In this document: piece after piece, positions 58,121-64,000 of the stretch
Layout of the letters: the number at the start of each line of letters is the position of its first letter
Position numbering within the stretch: the stretch's first letter is position 1
NCBI GenBank assembly: GCA_000004695.1
Contig: CM000151.3
Coordinates: forward strand, 256,001-320,000
DNA: 64,000 bases
Source: Dictyostelium discoideum
Taxonomy: Eukaryota
Direction of reading: 5' to 3'
Translations under genes and position numbers: made by a program
Notes under the pieces: model-generated
Told to the model about the DNA's origin: nothing
Seen by the model: only the letters and a program-made list of their open reading frames with translations
Databases searched by the model: none

Positions 58121-58872
58121 CATCACAGCAAAGAAAAAACCACCTTTAAATTCGCTTTAAATTAAATTTAAATTTGCTTTAAAGTCCTGAATTAAAGCAA
58201 TTTTAAAGGTAATTTTTAAGGTTACTTTAAAATCACCTTAAAAATTACCTTTAAAATTACCTTTAAAATTACCTTTTTAATGGCTTTAAAAGCGAGGTCC
58301 TGAGTTCGAATCCGTTATTTAACGGATAAATTTTTTAAAATTTTTTTTTTAATTTTTCAAAAATTACCCAAAAGGGATTCGATCCCCCGACCCTCTATCA
58401 AAGGGTAGTCTCATCAACCATTACACCATTTGATTGCTTTGATGAAAAATTTAAAAATGATAGAATATTTTATCCCCATTTTTTTGTGCTAAAATTAGAT
58501 CTTTTTTATTAAAAATCTTAAATTTATGTTTAAAGGAAATTTAAATTCACTTTAAATCTACTTTTAATCTACTTTAAATCCTATTTAAAATTAATTTAAA
58601 ATAAATTTTAAAGGTATTTTTAAATATCTTAAAAATTATCTTAAAAATTACCTTAAAAATCACCTTTAAAATCACCTTTAAAATCACCTTTAAAATTGCT
58701 TAAAAATTTATTTTAAAGCAAATTTTAAAGGCATTTTTAAATATCTTAAAAATTACCTTAAAAATTACCTTAAAAATGAATTTTTTAAACGCGGCTTTAA
58801 ATTCAATTTAAATCCAATTTAAATCAACTTTTCTTTAAATTTGCTTTAAAGGTGCATTTTTCTTTGCTGTGA
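58121..58872. repeat. 760-bp TIR-bounded MITE-like repeat, copy A. 17-bp termini ATCACAGCAAAGAAAAA / TTTTTCTTTGCTGTGAT. (TTAAAGG/TTACC)n-rich. Contains tRNA-like debris (GGTCCTGAGTTCGAATCC; and, on the minus strand, ATGGTGTAATGGTT D-arm-like plus ACCCT-TTGATAG-AGGGT anticodon-stem-like).
   Basis: ~95% identical to 59689..60450. Lies between the integrase catalytic and C-terminal exons. Confidence 0.6.
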
Positions 58873-59692
58873 TATCGATAATTTATATTGTTCACAATAT
58901 CATACTCTTGTTGTTTTAATTTTGAGATCCTCTCCTTGATAGTTCGATTCAATCTTTCTACCATACCTTGAGTTGTTGGTGTACGAGGAGCTCCATGTGC
59001 TGACTTGGAGCCTGGAAAAAGTTTTAGGAATTCTTTTTGGACTTTGTTTTTAAATTCACGTCCATTATCGCAGTGCCATACTTTCACAGGTTTGCCAAAG
59101 TACGTGAGAGCCAAAAAATTGTATATGGGAACTGTTCTCTTTGTTGTCAAACATCTAAAAAATAAATGATAATTAAAATAAAAAAAGAAAACTAATAAAT
59201 TAATAAATAAAAAATAAATACCTTCCAGTAGCAAATTTTGTAAAAGAATCTATGCATAGAATAATGTAAACAACATCGGTGTCGTACGGTTGTACAGAGT
59301 CATATTGGATAAGATCATCTAGTTTAGTTAGTATCTTTTCATTATCATCATCGTATGTAACTTTTTCTTTATGTTCACCTTTAATTGATGTTAAATCATA
59401 AACCAATCTTGAGTATTCCTCGGTATCTACAATTGGAGCAAAATCCTTTGTTATACCTATTAATTTATTTAAATTATTAAAAGAGTTTTAATATAAAAGT
59501 TACAAAACATCATATAAAAATGATTGATACCAAACCTTTTATTCTATTTCGTTGGCAAATGTCACACGTATCTACTGCATCAGATACAAAAGAATACAAT
59601 CCCATATTATAATATTTAGTCTTGTAGTTCCCATAGGTTGCATCTCTTCCTATATGACCTTTATGCATTTCTTCCCAGAGTGATACCATCAC
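58824..59692 (-). CDS. Integrase-like transposase, N-terminal and catalytic exons (HHCC zinc-binding motif, then DD35E-type core), split over three overlapping ORFs, implying introns or frameshifts
   Basis: H-x3-H...C-x2-C in ORF 59510..59692. D..D(NG)..E signature WHCDNGREF and QGMVERLNRTIK in ORF 58824..59234. Confidence 0.6.
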
Positions 59693-60450
59693 AGCGAAGA
59701 AAAAACCACCTTTAAATTCGCTTTAAATTAAATTTAAATTTGCTTTAAAGTCCTGAATTAAAGCAATTTTAAAGGTAATTTTAAAGGTAATTTTTAAGGT
59801 TACTTTAAAATCACCTTATTTAATATTTATTTATAGGCTTATCATTTAAGCTGAAGGGTTATTTTAATGGCTTTAAAAGCGAGGTCCTGAGTTCGAAGCC
59901 GTTATTTAACGGATAAATTTTTTAAAATTTTTTTTTAATTTTTCAAAAATTACCAAAAGGGATTCGATCCCCCGACCCTCTATCAAAGGGTAGTCTCATC
60001 AACCATTACACCATTTGATTGCTTTGATGAAAAATTTAAAAATGATAGAATATTTTATCCCCATTTTTTTGTTCTAAAATTAGATCTTTTTTATTAAAAA
60101 CCTTAAATTTATGTTTAAAGGAAATTTAAATTCACTTTAAATCTACTTTAAATCTACTTTAAATCCTATTTAAAATTAATTTAAAATAAATTTTAAAGGT
60201 ATTTTTAAATATCTTAAAAATTATCTTAAAAATTACCTTAAAAATCACCTTTAAAATCACCTTTAAAATCACCTTTAAAATTGCTTAAAAATTTATTTTA
60301 AAGCAAATTTTAAAGGCATTTTTAAATATCTTAAAAATTACCTTAAAAATTACCTTAAAAATGAATTTTTTAAACGCGGCTTTAAATTCAATTTAAATCC
60401 AATTTAAATCAACTTTTCTTTAAATTTGCTTTAAAGGTGCATTTTTCTTT
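59689..60450. repeat. 760-bp TIR-bounded MITE-like repeat, copy B
   Basis: Same termini (ATCACAGCGAAGAAAAAAA...TTTTTCTTTGCTGTGAT) and same tRNA-like segment. Lies upstream of the integrase start. Confidence 0.6.
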
Positions 60451-60743
60451 GCTGTGATTCTATAATCATTAATTACTTCTAAACACACTTCTTTTGATAT
60501 ATTTCTATCTCCGCCACAATTCATGACTTTTTTTTCAATTCTAAATAATTTTTCTTTTCTGTTTCTGTTTTTTATTGGTCAGAATTTAAAAAATGATTGT
60601 GTTATTGTAAGGAAAAATATTTACTCATCATGTAAAAATTTATAATTTTTATGTTTAGTATTTTCAAAATTATTATCTTCAATAAATTTTAAATAATTTA
60701 TAATTTCATTTATTTTATCTTGTTTCATTTTGGGAAAATGAAA

Positions 60744-60778
<35 letters not shown>

Positions 60779-61104
60779 TGTTGGGGAAAAAAAAAAAAAG
60801 TTTTGGCGCAAAAAAAAAAAAAAAAATTAAATAAAAAAAAAAAAAAATTAAATAAAAAAAAAAAAAAATAAAAAAACTTATATAGAACTAATAATCAAAT
60901 AAAAGATAATAATTTAATAAACTTTATTTGTTTTTTGAAAAAAAAAAAATTTAGGGTCAGTGATTTTTTTTTTTCACTACGCTACTGTAGTGAAATTAAA
61001 TAATAAAATTCACTACGCTACTGTAGTGAAATTTTATTGAAAATTCCCTACAACATTGTTCGATGAAAATGAGAAGATTTTTTTTATCCCAGTTGTAGTG
61101 AAAA

Positions 61105-61160
61105 AATTAAATAATATTTTTAAATTACAATTATATTCATTAAAATTTGAAAAAAAATAA
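61105..61160 (+). pseudogene. 3' remnant of the family gene disrupted by the transposon at 55694..61054
   Basis: aaattaaataatatttttaaattacaattatattcattaaaatttgaa = LNNIFKLQLYSLKFE block. No upstream coding. Confidence 0.5.
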
Positions 61161-61313
61161 TAAAAAAAAAAAAAAATTTTTGGCTTTTAAGATTTATGGA
61201 GAATTATCCATCAAAAAAAAAAAAAAAAAAAAAAGGTTAAAAAAAAAAAAAAGGTTAAAAAAAAAAAAAAAATTAAACTTTTTTTTAAAAACTTATTCTT
61301 AAAACAAATAAAA

Positions 61314-63032
61314 ATGTTAACAAATAAAAAAATTAAAACAGATAATAGTAATAAAATATTTTCAAATACTAATGATAATGAAATTTTAAGATCTTTAATC
61401 GATTATTTATTAATCAGCAAAAACAATAAAACAAATAATAATAATAATGCAAATCAATATAAAATTAAAAAAATTTTAATAAATAGAAATGAAATATTCA
61501 ATTATATATTAGTTTCAAAAAAGTGGTATAATTTTATATCATTAACAATATCAAATAATATTATTGATAATAAATCATTTGAACATTGGTTAGAAATTAA
61601 TTATACAAAAAAATCATATACTAAAAATAATAATAATCAAATTCAATATGATAAAAAGAAAATTAATTTTAATAAAAAGTTTTCAATTATAAAAATCCAA
61701 GAATCAATAATCAATGATTATTTTAAATTCAATTTATTTTTAGATAATTTTACAATTAATTATTTTAAAGAAATTAAAGATAAATATGAAAATAATCAAT
61801 TAGATTATAAAAGAATAGTTGTTAATCTTAAAACTAATTCTGGTGGTAATAAAAAAATTTTATTAAATATAAATGAATATGTATCAAATGAAAATTCAGA
61901 AATCATACCAAATCTATTTAAAATATTAGAATTAAATTCTGATTTTAAGTTGGACAAGTGCTATATTCCAATATCTGAAGGTACTGAAATATATTTAAAT
62001 AATTTATCGATTTCTGGTTATGAGGGTATAACATCGAAGATATTCCAAATTTTCAAAAGTAAAAAGATAATTTATGATGGGTCTTGTTGTCCAACAAATG
62101 TCAATTATTCAAAGATATTTGATCCAGATAATTCAGGCCAACAAGTTGAATCGATTAAAGTTAAAAATGAAAGTGGTAATAAACAGTTTGTTGAACCACA
62201 TCATTTAATTAAAGTTTACCAATTTGAAAATTTACATTCAATCACAATACCAATGGATTCATTTCAAATATTATCAGGCTTTTCTGAAAAAATGGGATTC
62301 AATAAATTTGATATGAATAATAAATATCCAGGTAATTCGAAAAATATGGAATCAGAATTAAATCAAATGATCAATTCATTCATTACAAGTGAATCTTTAA
62401 AGAATTTAAAAATATCATCAGTATGTTCACAATACGTTATTTTTAAAATGAATATTGATAAAATAAATCAAATTAAAGAATCAATTTCAAAATCATTTAA
62501 ACCATTATTTTCAGAATTAAATACATCAATTGAAAGAATTGAATTAGATTGTGGTGGTATATTAAATATCAATACATTTTCAAATTTATTAAATAATAAA
62601 TCAATTAAATATTTATATTTATATGATAGTGATTTTATTGTTTATTCATTTAAACAAACTGGTGGTGGAAGTTATTGTAGTATTAATCAATTTCTATTTG
62701 AAAATATATTTTCATCACCACAAACATCAATTAAACATTATGGATTTTGCTTCAAAAAATCAAATGAACTCGAATTAATATTTAATTTAATATTAAATAA
62801 TATTTTTAAATTACAACTATATTCATTAATATTTGTATTAAATAAAAACGAATTAATTGAGAAATTTGTTAAAGAATATGGAAAATTTATAAAAAAAATT
62901 TCAACACTAATACAAAAACCACAACAAGAACAACAAGAAAAACAAGAACAAGAACAACAACCACAGGAAATACAAAATTTAAATTTAAAAGAAATTAAAA
63001 TTAAAATTAAAATTAAAATAAAATTATTTTAA
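61314..63032 (+). CDS. Divergent, shorter tandem-family paralogue (572 aa; MLTNKKIKTDNSNKIF...). C-terminal (KI)n and (QEQ)n expansions. The family-conserved C-terminus (NPYFTTVIEK) lies out of frame at 63040-63125.
   Basis: Intact ORF with conserved blocks (DPDNSGQQVESIKV, NMESELNQMINSFITSESLKNL, SFKPLFSELNTSIERIELDC). Downstream QYFQELKNLKNPYFTTVIEKTVNING is in another frame. Confidence 0.75.
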   Translation: MLTNKKIKTDNSNKIFSNTNDNEILRSLIDYLLISKNNKTNNNNNANQYKIKKILINRNEIFNYILVSKKWYNFISLTISNNIIDNKSFEHWLEINYTKKSYTKNNNNQIQYDKKKINFNKKFSIIKIQESIINDYFKFNLFLDNFTINYFKEIKDKYENNQLDYKRIVVNLKTNSGGNKKILLNINEYVSNENSEIIPNLFKILELNSDFKLDKCYIPISEGTEIYLNNLSISGYEGITSKIFQIFKSKKIIYDGSCCPTNVNYSKIFDPDNSGQQVESIKVKNESGNKQFVEPHHLIKVYQFENLHSITIPMDSFQILSGFSEKMGFNKFDMNNKYPGNSKNMESELNQMINSFITSESLKNLKISSVCSQYVIFKMNIDKINQIKESISKSFKPLFSELNTSIERIELDCGGILNINTFSNLLNNKSIKYLYLYDSDFIVYSFKQTGGGSYCSINQFLFENIFSSPQTSIKHYGFCFKKSNELELIFNLILNNIFKLQLYSLIFVLNKNELIEKFVKEYGKFIKKISTLIQKPQQEQQEKQEQEQQPQEIQNLNLKEIKIKIKIKIKLF

Positions 63033-63189
63033 AATTAAATATAATCAATATTTTCAAGAATTAAAAAATTTAAAAAATCCATATTTCACAACAGTAATAG
63101 AGAAAACGGTTAATATTAATGGTTAAAAAAATATAAAAATTATAACACTCAATCAAATACTAAAACAAAAAACTTTTCAATTAAAAATC

Positions 63190-63490
63190 AAAACAATCTT
63201 GATGCTGAATCAATTTTTAAACCAATTAAACATAAAATTCATTCAACAGGTAAACCAACTACCCATGCCGTACCATCAACCACAACTGCTCCATCAACTA
63301 CTGGTGCTGAATCATCAGCCCCTACTGGTTCATCAACTACTCTTGCTGTATTACCATCACCACTACTGTACCATCAACCACAACTGCTCCATCAACTACT
63401 GTTTCACAAACTACTCATGCTGTATTACCATCACCACTACTGGTTCATCAACCACCCATGCTACACCATCCACCACTAGTGACTAACCAA
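63190..63490 (+). repeat. S/T-rich 12-aa repeat segment of the composite unit, inverted orientation (TTHAVPSTTTAPSTTGAESSAPTGSSTT...)
   Basis: Reverse-complement similarity to 37845-38060 and 31455-31640. Confidence 0.4.
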
Positions 63491-63785
63491 CTACTCGTGC
63501 TGCACCATAATATATATAATAATAAATAAATAAATAAATAAATAAATAAAAAGAATAAATAAATAAAAAAAAGATAAAAATTAAAATTGAATACCATCTT
63601 TCAATATTTTTTTTTTTATTGGTATCATTCGTTTTAATATGGTATCATTCGTTTTATTGGTGTAAGACTAGAGAAATTATTAGGTGTAGTTGGTGAAAAT
63701 TCAACATTCCCAATTGAAAGTATGGCAATATCAAGAAATAATCATTATTTAGGTAGTATTTCTCATGATTTTAGTTAAAAGTTGG

Positions 63786-64000
63786 AATATTGCTTGTTTC
63801 TATGAAGAGGATGAAAGTGAAGATGCTGATTCTGCAAATGCAAATGCAATTGAAATTGAAAATGATGATGATGATGATAGTGGTAGTGAAATGGGTGATG
63901 ATGACCATGATGATGATCATCATCATGGCGAAGAACAAGACAAAGAAGAAGAGGAATCTTCACCCGATGAAGATATTAAACTTAAAAAACCTCAACAAAA
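63786..64000 (+). CDS. 5' part of an acidic/His-rich gene running off the window (WNIACFYEEDESEDADSANANAIEIENDDDDDSGSEMGDDDHDDDHHHGEEQDKEEEESSPDEDIKLKKPQQ)
   Basis: Open frame to the window end with non-homopolymeric codon usage. The antisense His-rich ORF 63775..63963 is its mirror. Confidence 0.3.

Larger units (their letters stand above)
55694..61054 (-). mobile_element. TIR DNA transposon (~5.36 kb) encoding a multi-exon retroviral-integrase-like transposase (HHCC zinc finger + DDE core + GDxV C-terminal region) on the minus strand. Tdd-4-like. Carries two nested copies of a 760-bp TIR-bounded repeat. Inserted in (and associated with deletion of) a tandem-family paralogue.
   Basis: Ends GTTGTAGGGAATTTTCCATAAAATTTCACTAC...TCACTGACCTTAAATTTTTTT and the inverted ...TTTAGGGTCAGTGATTTTT...GAAAATTCCCTACAAC, shared with the element at 17116..19590. 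Internal minus ORFs: 59510..59692 (HKGHIGRDATYGN...CDICQRNR), 59200..59406, 58824..59234 (WHCDNGREFKN...GAPRTPTTQGMVERLNRTIKE), 57769..58038 (KPPKGLKVGDTVLF), 57183..57698, 56077..56385. Confidence 0.65.

Noticed and set aside
58284-58440. Possible tRNA genes (GGTCCTGAGTTCGAATCC, and a Gln/Ile-like D-arm plus anticodon stem on the minus strand) at 58284-58440 and the duplicate at 59880-60040
   Set aside because: No intact cloverleaf can be drawn. The acceptor stems do not pair and the T-stem needs two G-U pairs and lacks its 3' partner. Both copies lie inside a 760-bp TIR-bounded repeat, so they are treated as tRNA-derived debris, not genes.
2017-63032. Could the regularly spaced ~2-kb repeated units be a CRISPR-like array or satellite?
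   Set aside because: The units are long protein-coding paralogues with their own promoters in a eukaryotic AT-rich genome. They have no short direct repeats or spacers and are not of CRISPR or satellite nature.

Overview
This window is very AT-rich eukaryotic DNA (roughly three-quarters A+T) with the hallmarks of a dictyostelid genome, most likely Dictyostelium discoideum. These include long homopolymer A/T intergenic tracts, N/Q/K-rich coding, GTAAGT...TAG introns, 24-aa Dicty_CTDC-type Cys repeats, a giant type-I PKS, and Tdd-4-like integrase-type transposon sequence.

The dominant feature is a tandem array of 11 apparently intact plus at least 5 fragmentary paralogues of one 570-730 aa gene family. 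Family proteins start MSTNKKIKTDNN... and show conserved blocks separated by hypervariable acidic, Gly-rich and polyQ cassettes. Each copy is preceded by a shared ~40-bp upstream motif ending ...CACTCTTTATAATTTAAACAAATAATA-ATG.

Interleaved with the array are the following.
- A decayed polyketide synthase (in-frame TAA in the KS domain, a frameshift before the KR domain, and 3' truncation by a transposon) and a cytochrome P450 remnant.
- Two TIR-bounded DNA transposons sharing ~120-bp termini. One is 5.4 kb and carries a multi-exon integrase-like (HHCC + DDE) gene. The other is 2.5 kb and non-autonomous.
- A Harbinger/PIF-like fossil: a Myb/SANT-like ORF divergent from a DDE_Tnp_4 transposase fragment.
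- A ~450-bp palindromic MITE-like repeat family, a 760-bp TIR-bounded repeat with tRNA-like debris, and a composite S/T-rich repeat unit.
- A GC-rich palindromic island that is a candidate ncRNA locus.

There is no rRNA, no CRISPR and no intact tRNA. The ORF track appears to accept non-ATG starts (e.g. TTG), so several leading M residues are not real initiators.
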